DNA from: Octopus sinensis
Taxonomy: Eukaryota
DNA: 64,000 bases
Assembly (NCBI RefSeq): GCF_006345805.1
Contig: NC_042997.1
Location: 6,138,001-6,202,000 of the forward strand
Direction of reading: 5' to 3'
Under the pieces are notes generated by a model. That model had not been told where the DNA came from. It worked only from the letters and a program-made list of their open reading frames with translations, and ran no database searches. Below are positions 28,001 through 40,534 of the stretch, piece after piece. Both the position numbers and the translations under genes were made by a program. Positions within the stretch are counted from its first letter, which is position 1; each line of letters starts with the position of its first letter.

Positions 28001-31000
28001 ATATATGCGCGAATATATCATGTGCGTATACACTCAGCCAGAAACCCGCTATTTGAAAGGTTTTGTTTTGCATTCATGACAAAATCCACCATCGAGGAAA
28101 AGTAATTCAAAGACTATTGCTTTAACAACTGTAACCCCAAACAGAAACAAAATTATCAATTTGGGTGTCTTTGAAACAGAAAGAAGACAACGATTTTGAA
28201 ATGGAATCGGTTCTCAAATTATTGTTGCGTGTCTGATATGGTGCTCTAAACTTACATAAATATTCATCATACTACATAAAAATTATAAATTTACATCAGG
28301 TTAAGTCTAAAACAAAATCAGCAACACCCATTTTGATTCGTACATGTCTAGAAGAAATGTGTGGATGGCTAACTAAATTCACTTGCTTTGTATTGATTTC
28401 TCAATGTGTTCTGTACCCACAGCTTTATAGATAATTTGTTCAGTTCGTTTTTGCTCCTCTTGATATCAATAAATGAGGAATTTAATGTTTATTACAAAGA
28501 TCCGTTCTCTTCAAACGCAGCTTTCCTGTCTATACGCAATAAATGGATTTTGATATTCGTTTACGCACCTAATACTTTGTATTTAGCACATTACAGACAA
28601 ATTACTAAAATAGAACGGTAAATCAGTGTTACTGGAGGTTAAGCAGTGCTTTGTCGTGCAAAATACGAAATGAAAGTTAAAAGCAAATATAATAAAATTA
28701 TCCAGTGAATCGGATGCTTTTATTTGTTTTTCCTTGCCTTTTATATCAGAACAGTAAATCACTATGCTTAAAATATGAGAACTATAAAATATTTATCAAG
28801 TTAGAGTTAACATTTATGATGCGCGGAAAATTGAAAAAACGAACGGTAAATAAAAGCACTTACGTGTTAAGCTGAAAACACTATTAATCGATGGATTCTA
28901 TGTTAATCATTTTCAATGAATGTGTGACTACTATGGACATACCATGCCATATTTGAACCTCTGCAGGGCAGTATATTCAATCTGATACGTGAAAAAGTAA
29001 GAATAGGGGTGCTCTAAGTTGATGAACGTCACTTTACGTTCGCTGACGCGGAATAATTGTAGTCTTTCTTGAATACATAACACAGTGATGCCTTCCTCTA
29101 AAAGAAAATTGTTATCTCTACATTAAGTGAAACACTACGAATCAAAGGATACTTGAGGCATGAAGAGAAGACTTTAGTCAACGGCTGATATACAATATTT
29201 TATATCACAAACTAGAGTAGAAAACGTGGGTGAGATTTCGGTTCCATTATATCAACTGAAATACACTGAACACCTCGTACTTTCCGCAGTAATGACTAGG
29301 AGTCACTAAAGAAATTAACAATATCTTACAGTGGCCTTGAATACTGTCCAAAATATATTTATAGATTGTAGATAAAAGAAAAGGAGAAGCATTGGCATTT
29401 ATACCCATACTATGGTAATATGATATCAAAATAGGCACTGAACGAAACACGTGTCAGCAATGTGAAATAGTGCATATTACTCAATAGCCCATGGAGTAGT
29501 TTTAAGAATAATCGAAAGCAATATTAATTTCACAAGTTATAATGGTTTCAATAAAATATTTGTTGTTGGTTTTACTTAAAAAAGAACTGTATTTACTCAA
29601 GTGTTTTTATCTCAAAATATAAGCTACTTAAATGCTAGAAGTATGACGGCGTTTGTCAGCACCTAGAAACATACCTTAGATACATATAATCTTATTTTTT
29701 ATCTGCTGATATTCAATTAGCAGAAACATATATCTTCAATACGCTTGTAAATTCACAGGTTTCGGTATTTCGATATTTCCTTGTAGTCCTCACAGAATAC
29801 ATATGTATTAAATATTCACTTATCTTTTTCGAATAGGTTCTATATTTCTAGAAATGGCCGTGTTTGATAAGTATAATCTACACTTGACTAAAGAATCTAA
29901 CAGTCAGTCAATTAGTGAGAGGTTGAGAAGGCAGCGTTTTTTATATTTTTCTTATGACAGTGATGGATATTCATAATCACAGCTTGTTCTGTTTTCACAC
30001 TCTTTTGCGTTTCCAGTCATGATGTCAAGTGTCGCTCTTCTTTAAAAAAGAAAATGTTTACATTAACACCATGACTTATCTACAAAAACATAATTTTCCA
30101 ATCCATATCTCGTATCAAATTGGTGTATACAGTTTTACCTTATTGTTTCATTATTCCTTTGTGCTTATGGATTCAGGCAGAAAGATATTTAACTCTGTAA
30201 ATATTTGTTCTTATAAATATTTACAGTGTATTGAAAGAAGCAAAATAGAAATAATAGAAAATGAAAATAATAGCAGAGACTCATCTCAATAAATTCCTTT
30301 TTTCTCCGTTTTCAATGATGATTTGTAAGCTTATTTTCATTATTGAACAAAAACGTAAAATATAAATACTTTTTTATTATATTTATTTGGTTATGTGTAT
30401 ATATCAAAAAAATTTTTTGGCGGCTTACTTTTAGAATGTGTTAAGTATAATATTATTGTGTATTATTTGAGCTCTTTCCAGGTTAGCTAGCCGATAATTG
30501 TTTGATTACAAAATCTGACTTGTATTTTGATACTGACTTTAATTACTAATGCTTTTCAATGAACAAACAAGAAAGGTTGATGAGAGGGTTGGATCCTTAA
30601 ATCACGTTGAAAACAAAATAAAATAAACAAATCTTTTAAAATTAAATTATTGAAATGCTTGCCTTCTAGCGATGGAAGAGTTTTCTACAAACATTCCTGA
30701 AATTTCACTGGATTTTTTAATAATTTACTATATAACGAGTGGTTCCGTCAATACACTTCAAAAATAAATACTCTAGTTCAAACATTCTGATGCATTATCG
30801 TTCTCAGTTCAAGCCACAATCGTGTTGCTTAGGAATTTGTTATTACACTGGGGAATATGGTTTTTGCTGCCTGGTGTTGAGGATATGTTACATGTAATTT
30901 AGCGGGTGCTTATTTTGAAAATTAAAGCCATTTTGCTCTGTCACATTAAAATGTTTCACGACCCCAAATGTCTCTCTTTCAAAATTTCCGGTAGTGTCAC

Positions 31001-31624
31001 CATTTCTAAGACTAGATTTTGCTTCATGAAATGCAAATCCATGTATGGACGTTGAAATATCTTTGATAATAAGTTTTTATCAATATCATTTAAAGTAAGT
31101 GCACCTGCAAAAGGGAAAATAAAAATTTGATCTAAATATCTGCTATAAATAATAATGCATCAAACTTGAGCTGCTGCTACTATTTTCAAATTAATCATTT
31201 TAAAATTACATGATGATGACGTGAATGCTCTTTATACTATTCGATGTTAACAAATGTTAACAAATTTCTGTGGTCAATGACATCATACATGTTTCATATT
31301 TGTAAGACTTTCTGTATTTTTTCTGCAGATATTCCTACACTATTCGATTTAGTGTAAATACCCTTTCTAACCAGGTGAGGCCTCCTTTATAGAAATTTAA
31401 ATATTTGTTACGAAAATTGGTATTTTGAATGAACACTTATTTTTTTAATTATGAGATCACATGGTCGAGATCACTTTTTGTCAAGTATGGTTAGAACACT
31501 CTTGTTACGTGTTATGTCACATATCTACATTTGCTTACTTTACACCTGTCAGCAATTCTCATAATAGTTTCCCCACGTACAACTACATTTCTCCTTGTTT
31601 TTCAGAATTACGTGAGAAGATAAT

Positions 31625-32634
31625 GTAAATATAGTCCGGGTGACTTCTGCTATATTTTTGGATATTACACTTTACCTAAACGGCGTAACAACATCACAGT
31701 TTTTTGTGAAGAAACCTTACATTATATTGATATGAAAATGTGTGAATGAGACAAAGCTGACACATCTCAAATGGCGTGTAAAACATGAGTTGAAATACTA
31801 AGAAAGGGACTGATTTAAATAACTGAGCAAAACTTTCATAGTCTTGTCTTTTGAGAAAATTAAAATTGATGTGTTTCACGCGCCATAGATTACACGGCTA
31901 TTGCAGGACAAGCTGTATTTGGAGTTAAAATGAAGCGTGGAATACTTTTTTTGAAGTGGAGTCTGATTTCTTGGGTAACAGTAAGTCATCAAATCATCAA
32001 CAACTGTGCAGATAGTTAACCAGATTTTGAGTACTGGACTACGACATGAGTGTAGAAGTACATTTCCTGCACATTCATCTGGACTACTTTCCTGAATGCC
32101 ATGATACTATGAGTGATGACCAACGAGGATGAGTTACCAAGACATCAAACCCATAGAGATTAGGTATAAATACAGGTGGATCACAAATATGATGGCTGGC
32201 TACAGCTGGTGTCTGCAAAGATACAGTCACAACGCATTTATTCACGCAATGAAGCAAAATGAAATTTCCTTCCTTGAGTAACTGACACTCTATTTTGAGA
32301 GAACTATCTACCCTAAGATGTATAATTAAACATTTTGTTAAAAAAAAATGTACGCTATGATTTGTGTTAGATACTTATTTTAGTATTGCACGTAATGACA
32401 ACATTGACATGTAAAAAATGTATTCTTGTTCAACAGAAATACATGACATGATAGAAATTTTCCAAGGGCGTTTCTGAACTTGGAACCATCGAATTACGTA
32501 GGACTAATCGTAAAAAGCAAGATAACTAAGATGTTTCTTTCGAAAATGTTCCTCAGTGTTATTCATATATCTTAATAGATTATCATTAGATATCAGCTAG
32601 CATAACGTCTACAGCAACTCAATGTGCTGCAGTG
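31625..32634 (+). mobile_element. Internally deleted Chapaev-type (CMC superfamily) DNA transposon relic
   Basis: N-terminal CKYSPGDFCYIFGYYTLPKRRNNIT at ~31626, and C-terminal DFLGNSK..MSVEVHFLHIHLDYFPE..SDDQ..YQDIK.IE.RY..RW..NMMAGYSWCLQR at 31965-32222; ends in CAGTG like Chapaev3 termini. No left terminus identified, so boundaries are approximate. Confidence 0.7.
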
Positions 32635-32699
32635 ATTTTGGGGACGATAAAATTGAGAAACCATAACAATGGAAATAAATATATTCACAAGCTAATTTA

Positions 32700-33300
32700 A
32701 TCTGAGTCTTCTTCAATGATGCCCTCGTTGCAGTTCAATGCCGAGAAAGTACAAACTGGCAAAATATATAAAACCAATTCGGTCAATATTAATTTTGAAA
32801 AGGGATAGTGAGGTGGATGCGGGTGCGACAATCCGTTTTGCAGGTGCGGAATATTCATTTGGGAGAGTTTTTAGAATATTAAAAAAAATACTGCTCATGT
32901 CCATTTCACTTGAAAGAGACAATCAGTTCGATATCAAATGAACATTAAATTTTAATGCCTTCGATGCAATAATTTGAACTGCATTCAATGTATGCACCAA
33001 AGAGCCACAAACATCTACAATAATTTGATTTCTGGTAGCAACATAATATTCAAGTTCTCACAAGTAGAAACTGAAATGCCTCCTACTAATTCACCCTTGT
33101 CTGTGGATCTATACTATATCTGGTAGAAAGCGCTGGCCATGTCTATATGCGGTAGGTTGATAATGTACGCAGTGGAGCGCGGTGGATAATATTTCGTTCA
33201 TACCATTGCCAAATAACTAGTTAACAATTATTGCTAAATTAGCATTATTTATTCTGGAATTGTTACTGTTGTTGCTTGCTCCAGGCAATATTTCTATAAA
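32700..33300 (-). pseudogene. Possible degenerate class A GPCR-like coding relic
   Basis: Across frameshifts and stops: LFGNG (TM1-like), RSTAYIINLPHID (TM2 LxxxD-like), FVALW after a D.F-like site, NIPH, and LVLYILPVCTFSALN (TM5-like). Spacings only partly fit. Confidence 0.28.
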
Positions 33301-34301
33301 AATCATGATTATACACCCTTGAAAATAATGCTTGGAAGACTTTATTATATTATACATTTTTTTTCTCCAATGTTACCATTGCATGTTCAACATAATATTG
33401 AGCGTAAACCACATCTTGCCCCGACACTTGCCATGACATGAACGAATCGTTTTATCCTTATTAATATTAACGGTGATTAGCTTTATTATAACAACAACGA
33501 TACATTACGAAAATTACAATGACAAATATCTAAAATGCAGGTCTGTGTGTGCTAAATGTGATAAATACAGCTTAAAGCAAATTTGTGAAATAAATTGAAT
33601 CTTTGTACTGAAGTGAGACAAACACCTACAGCAACTCAATGTGCTGCAGTGATATTTGACGATCATAACAACCAACAACATCCGAAAAGCCTTTGGTGAC
33701 CTTTGACTTGGATTCGTAAATTTGAATTAGGCCCGTGTAGAAAAGCTAATCACTTGTAATGTGGCAAATATCAGTAGACGTACTGAATCTCTTATTCCAT
33801 ATTGTATCCCTCGTCCTTAAGCAATTCAAAGAGACAATATGCAATTGGCGAGAGTGAAAGCTTCCAACACACCACTCCGTTTCGTTCCCTACATTGATAG
33901 TGAATGAAATTTGGCAGGATCTGGGAGTATTTATTTAAAGTTATAAGATAGGTTAAATATAATGTAATTTATATATTTAATATTATTTTTCTTTATATAG
34001 CGGTAAGTCAAAGAAGAGCAAAGAACATGGTTTCATAGACTCAACAGGATTTGCTAAAGGTGAGAAGGTAAAAAAAATACATGCTAAGAATTCTGTTGAC
34101 AGTTTGAAGTTGCTAAAGATATCATTTGTGGATGTATGTGTAAGTGCGAAATTGACTGTAAGTTCAGGGATATGGGAGAATTTCACATGCAATTCATATA
34201 ATATCATGATATACAGTGTATTACATTATGTTCTAATTAAATTAATCTGAATAAATATGTGTTATATAATCAAGAAGAGATTTCAATACTTTTTGTATTT
34301 T

Positions 34302-34711
34302 AAGGCGACAAACTGGCAGAAACATTAGCACGCCAGGCGAAATGCTTAGCGGTATTTCGTCTGCCGTTACGTTCTGAGTTCAAATTCCGTCAAGGTCGAC
34401 TTTGCCTTTCATCCTTTCGGGGTCGATTAAATAAGTACCAGTTACGCACTGGGGTCGATATAATCGACTTAATCCGTTTGCCTGTCCTTGTTTATCCTCT
34501 CTGTGTTTAGCACCTTGTGGGTAGTAAAGAACTAGGTATTTCGTCTGCTTTAGCGTTCTGAGTTCAAATTCCGCCGAGGTCGGTTTTGCCATTCATCCTT
34601 GCGTGGTCGATAAATGAAGCACCAGTGGCGACTGGAGTTGACCTAATCGACTGCCACCCCAACAAAAAAAAAAAAAAAAATCGGGCCTTGAATCTAGAGT
34701 AGAAGAGAATA
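34302..34711 (+). mobile_element. Dimeric SINE family 2 element
   Basis: Two tandem ggtatttcgtctg..ttctgagttcaaattccg..ggtcga units (34350-34470, 34535-34650) followed by the cgggccttgaatctagagtagaa tail. Confidence 0.88.
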
Positions 34712-35238
34712 TTTTTACGTTTTAAAAACTAAAATCACATCTAAAAAGAGAAATAAATATAAACAAAAACTCTCAAAATGAAATCAAACATATATTAGAC
34801 TGAATATCTCATTTCCTACTTCTTTGTATTAATTACTTTCATTAACTCTGATGAAAATTTAATCCACATACGAACATTTCATTAATGAATGTAGGATAAG
34901 TTAAGAAGGGAATATGATACGAAAATAATGATAAGAATTAGGTGTAATAAGATGTTTTAGCAAGAATTAATGTACTTCGCTCTGTTCGTTAAAATTATTC
35001 TAATCCATATTCAATTATATTTTAATTACCTCCCCTTACCCCCCCCTCTCTGTTTTACTAAAATATGCATCCAATTGTTGAAATGAGAAACATTTATAGA
35101 TTTTTCTTTTGACTAAAACCTCTGTTCCTATGCTTAAATTATATCGCCCTAATATATATAGTGATAAGCACAATTACTAACACTATCTCTAAATTAATGA
35201 ATACTTCTCTGAAGCAATGAATTACGTACATGTATCTT

Positions 35239-35301
<63 letters not shown>

Positions 35302-35490
35302 ATAAATGAAAGAATGGAGTCGAACGACGATTTTAACAAAATTCCTTTACTCTCGATACATGTTTCGAAGGCTGCATATTCCTAATTCCCGCCATCCCAT
35401 CAGGAAAGACAAGGAACTTATGTCAGCACCATGAAGAGCAAAAACTTTTAGATGACTACCCACATGATATCCACAGTAATAATAATAATA

Positions 35491-35522
<32 letters not shown>

Positions 35523-35853
35523 ATGTGTATATGTACATACATGTATATATATATGCAAGTATGTCTGTTTATAAGAATGTACATATGCATCTATGTGTGT
35601 ATGTATGTATGCATATATGTATTATGTATGTATGTTATTTTTCAGTTTTATTTTAAATTTTCTTGCCAACAGAAACAGCTGTTTCTCTCCTACATCCATG
35701 TTTCTCTCTTTCCAAATTTCAACAACTCCAACAGAATAGTTTTGTATGCATATATTTATGCGTGAATGTATGTATGTGTGCAGGTTTGTATGTTTTGTGT
35801 TACGTATGTCTTCTCGTACATATACTTGCATATCAAGACATGCTCATACATAC

Positions 35854-36620
35854 TTAAACGATAAACGATAAACTCCTAGAAAACTTTAGAGATGTTTACA
35901 GATCCAGTGATAGATTGGATGTGTAGTCTTCGAATCAGCTTTCTTTTTTCTGGTTTTTGAAGCCTAATTTCTCAAGATTGGTATTTAGGTAGTGTTACAT
36001 GTCCTAGTGCCCTAATAATTACAGGTATAAAGTTGAACTTGTAATCTGCAAATTTCTCAATAGTTCAGCGTATTTCCTTTTTCGCCAATTTTTAGCTTTA
36101 TCTTAATATACGATGGCAGCTGATTTCCACAACTTTTTTTTCTCTTTCCCAAATCATTATCTCAAGTCTATTATATTTACATTATGCTTACACTTTATTA
36201 TGTTGCATTTTACTGTGACGTTCCACCAATGCACTTTTTTTACTATGAGTGGCTATGTCTTCCACCTGTGTGGGTTCTTATTTCTTTGTCCCCGGGTTAT
36301 TCTGCTGTCGTATATCGTTTATACATTATTCTAGCTCCAACATCATTCTCATCGGTAGATAATACCGTAATGATATTTTCGAACAACTGCTTATGATATG
36401 GGTGATATCTTCGTTGTTAACTCCATGAAATCTGCATCTGTTGTCACATTTTGTTGCTTTTCTTTCATCTCTGTCCATTTTGTGCATCAGATATTTCGTT
36501 GATATTTCCTGTTCGTGTATTTGCAACGTCATACCCTTCAAAGTGGGAGGTAGTAGCCCCGTTGTTGTTTATCATAGACTGCTGTGATGATCAATGTTAC
36601 TATCATCTCGGATATTTCTA
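35854..36620 (-). mobile_element. RLE-type non-LTR retrotransposon 3' fragment (family B)
   Basis: Minus strand: knuckle CDNRCRFHGVNNEDITHIISSCSKISLRYYLPMR, VVEISC, IPVIIRALG, KLGFKNQ.., IQSITGSV; homologous to 14935-15232. Confidence 0.8.
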
Positions 36621-36850
36621 CTAACATATCTATGCATGTTCTTCTGCTGATATACGCTCATCCTTTCATCTGAGGATGCCTTGTGGTAGAGTCGTGCGAC
36701 TTCTTTGGGTATTTAGCTAAGGTTATCAGAAATGGAATTCAGCTCAAGGAGATACTTTCTAAGTTTTATGATGTTATCTGCCTCATTTATGTATGTATGT
36801 ATGTATGTATGTATGCATGTATGTATGCATATGTGTATGTATGTATGCAT

Positions 36851-36905
<55 letters not shown>

Positions 36906-38049
36906 GAGAGAAGGAAAGAACAAGAAGTAGCAAGAGAATGTGAGGGAGAGAAAGAGAGACAAAAACAGCTAGCAGAAATACGTAATGAAAGAAAGTGAAA
37001 GAACATCCACATTTATGCATGCATGATCTCTGTGTATGTATCTTTCTTGAGGAGTAATTTCCCGAGAGTTCCAATTTCAAAAGTCTTGGTAATATTAAAT
37101 TTCTGAAAGATGAACACAATTTTGTTTTGTAATACTAGGTTGTGTGCATCGTTCAGAAATCTAATATTACATAGAAGTCTGAAAATGGAATTCTCGCATA
37201 ATTACATCCGAATAATGTCAAAATATTTTCTACTTGAAGAGGAAAGCTAACTAAGCATAGATGTATATAATCACTTTTTGGTATTTAATATTTCTCATCG
37301 TTATCAGGTCAATGAACATAAAGATACTGCTTCCATAATAGACAAAAAAAAAAGAAAATGTTTTATAAAATTCCTTTCGTAGAAATGAAGGATTTTTTAC
37401 CAAATAGAAAATTTGAATGTGAGGCAATATTTCATTGCTTGTTGTATGTTTTGTGTATCTTTTAGAGACGGATAAAGAGCAAGGCTTAATAAACTATGCA
37501 AAGCGCCCGAAACAAAAGAGAAAGAGGCTTGAAGTGATAATAAAACAATATACCTGATCCAGTGCTTGCCACAGACAGTATTAAACAAGCATAACCTAAT
37601 TGCCGGTTGCATTGAACTTTGATTATCTCAATCTCTCAAGATAGGAAAAAAAAATCAAAGTAGTATACAACAGGCTACGATAAATACCGTAACGCGTGCT
37701 CTTCTACAATAAGCCATTTCTGACACTCCATCGCCTTACAGTATCCCTGATATATTTCAGCTTAGAGAAACATAAGCAGACTTAGCCTCAGTAACATTTT
37801 AAATCAGAACATTTTAAATAGCATAAATGTTACAAAGTATTTCGTGCGAAGGTGAAATAACGCTACTGGGCAAAAATGCACCGGAAACAATGCTTTTCGG
37901 TATTTCTTCTGACTGGACTTCAGAGTCCAAACACCTCCAAGGCAGATAAAAAAAAATACTCCAGTTGAACACTAGGGCTAATATAATCGAATTTTTCCCC
38001 ATCTCAAAATTTCTGTAGATTACTATTATTGTTTAATAATAACAACAGT

Positions 38050-38175
38050 AATTATTTCCACTACAACGAAGTGCAAACTCAACTTTGGAGGCATATGAAC
38101 TCAAAACGTAAAGACTGACGAAATGCCGTAAATCATTTTTTCCAGTGTACTAACGATTCAGCAGCTCGCAACCTT
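38050..38175 (-). mobile_element. Diverged SINE family 2 head
   Basis: gaactcaaaacgtaaagactgacgaaatgccg..actaacgattcagcagctcgc matches the family 2 head in reverse. Confidence 0.65.
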
Positions 38176-38364
38176 GCAAATCATAATAATAAACAAACTT
38201 AATCTGAGAATGATATCAACATTCGTATAAATGCATGACTTTGTCTTGCTGAAATTGACAATGTAAATGCTTCATATATGATTTATTTGGCCAAAACATC
38301 AAACGTATTAACATCTCGTTTAAATTATTCCACAGGCATTTTTGGAGATTTTTACTATGTAAAT

Positions 38365-38752
38365 GCGTGGTAAGAAGTTGGTTCCCAAACCACATGGTTC
38401 CAAGTTCAGTCCCACTGCTTGAATGCTTGAGCTAGTGTCTTCTACTATAACATCGGGCCGACCAAATTTTTGAGTTGATGTTGTTGATGGAAATTGAAAT
38501 AATCTCGTCGTATGTGTGTGTGCGTGTGTTTTTATGTGTGCGTGTGTGTGTCTTTGTACCCGTTTTTGTCCCCTACCAGTGCTTTACAACCTGTATCAGT
38601 TTGTTTGCGTCACGTAACTTAGCGGTTTGGTAAAAGAAACCGATAGAATACTTTATAGGCTTTACAAAATAAAAGTAGTGAGGTTGATAATTTCGACTGA
38701 CATTCTTCAAGGATATGCTGCAGTCAGATGACTGAAATAAGTAAGTAAAAGT
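38365..38752 (+). mobile_element. Diverged SINE family 1 copy
   Basis: accacatggttccaagttcagtcccactgc..gtaacttagcggtttggtaaaagaaaccgatagaata..atgactgaaataagtaa. Confidence 0.8.
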
Positions 38753-38810
38753 ATAAAAAAGTAAAAGAATATTATATTTTCCAATTACAGCTTAAAAAAA
38801 CAACAGTTGC

Positions 38811-38997
38811 TGCGTGGAAGCGCAATGGCCCAGTGCTCACGGCAGCGGACTCACAGTCGTAAGAACGCGGTTTCGCTTCCCAGACCGGGCATTGTGAGTG
38901 TTTATTGAGCAAAAACACCTAAGCTCCACGAAGCTCCGGCGGGGTGGTGGTGGTGAAACCTGTTGTACTCCTTCACCACAACTTTCACTCTTTCTTC
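38811..38997 (+). mobile_element. tRNA-derived SINE (third family)
   Basis: Box A-like tggcccagtgctca and box B-like ggtttcgcttccc at tRNA spacing, followed by a GC-rich body. Confidence 0.55.
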
Positions 38998-39587
38998 CTA
39001 CCATGGTGTAGTCCGTTATAGTGTGGTAAACTTTCAGATTCTAATTTAGATTGCGAATCCTCTGTACCCCAGAATGGTTCAGCTCTCCACCCGTTCAAAG
39101 CCACCGTTTACGGAATGAGGATAACAACGTAGCTTTCGCGCCCGTGCAACCACCAGTATATCGCGTGTGGTGAGTGGATCTTCAAGTTTCCACACGCATT
39201 CTTAGTAGCTTAGAGAGGCCCGAATTAGAGATTATTCTTTGTGGCTAGTGGCGTAAGTCCTGTTTGGAAGAAGAAGAAGAAGAAGACAGCTACAGCAGCA
39301 ACAACAACATGACCAACAGCCACGGCTACTTCTTAATAGTAGCACAATGATCCTTCTCTATCTAGCTATCTGCCTTCCGCATTTCTTTAGAATTCCCTGA
39401 CCCACCATCATCATTACCATTATGTTCCACAGCTACTTCCCTATAATACAAATAAGATCAGCAGCCACAGTCCATTTTCAATACTAGCTCAGTAGGTGAC
39501 CTATTCAATAACACTGTCAACCTGTCCCTCTACTTGAATTTCTAACGCCCACATAAAAACACGAGAATCATCATAAAAAGTTGTCAC

Positions 39588-39663
39588 CCTACTACTACTA
39601 CTACTACTACTGCTGCTGTTACTACTACTGCTACTGCTGCTGTTACTACTACTGCTGCTGCTG

Positions 39664-39700
<37 letters not shown>

Positions 39701-39876
39701 AGCTACTCCTGCTAATACTACTACTACTACTACTACTACAGCTGCAGCTGCTACAACTACTACAGCTGCTGCTGCTACAACTACTACAGCTGCTGCTACT
39801 ACTACTACTACTACAGAAGCTGCTGCTACTACTACTACTACATCTTCTACTGCTACTACTACAGCTGCTGCTGCTA

Positions 39877-39908
<32 letters not shown>

Positions 39909-40123
39909 ACTACTGCTGCTGCTACTACTGCTACTACTACTACAGCTGCTGCTACTACTACTACTAATACTACTACTACTACTACTACAGCAGCTGCTGC
40001 TGCTACACCTACTACAGCTGCTGCTGCTACTACTACTACATCTGCTGCTGCTACTACTACTACAGCTGTTGCTGCTACTACTACTACAGCTGCTGCTACT
40101 ACTACTACTACTACTACTACAAT
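39588..40123. repeat. Compound (ACT)/(GCT)/(ACA) triplet repeat, ~530 bp
   Basis: Directly visible; apparently phase-preserving and reads as poly-Thr/Ala on one plus frame. Confidence 0.92.
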
Positions 40124-40534
40124 TAGTAAAAAATCACTCCTTTCTCACACTCACCTCATAGGTCCCTGAAAAACTAAATAATCTAAAATCTATGAACACA
40201 CGAAATCTAAAAAAATATGCACTATTCTCAACGCGAAAAATTATGCATACGCAGTTACCGCAACGTCACCAATTCGACGCAAAATTCGAACAAGCATCAC
40301 CAGCCACCGCCACCACTAATAACTAAATCACACTCAATAGCTACACGTTGAACTATTTATTGTAAAGACGTGTGTGATATGTGAATATCATAGTTACTAC
40401 ACGTGAAACCCAGAATCCTAATTCCTAATGCTAAAGATTATGTCTGCTGCTTGACTGTCATTTCCAAACGTATTGTAGGGATGCAAAGCGTTATTAAAAG
40501 AATGACTGTACGTCACCACCAAATCTATAATATA

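Noticed and set aside
32700-33400. Adenain/Polinton protease-like words (YFQG, VCG) and an RT-like IDMASAFYQI motif
   Set aside because: The words fall in different frames or lack the expected neighbouring motifs (no HW dyad, no TAF/MPFGL).
39001-39062. tRNA-like box A/box B pair
   Set aside because: No cloverleaf; probably a decayed SINE head, not a tRNA gene.
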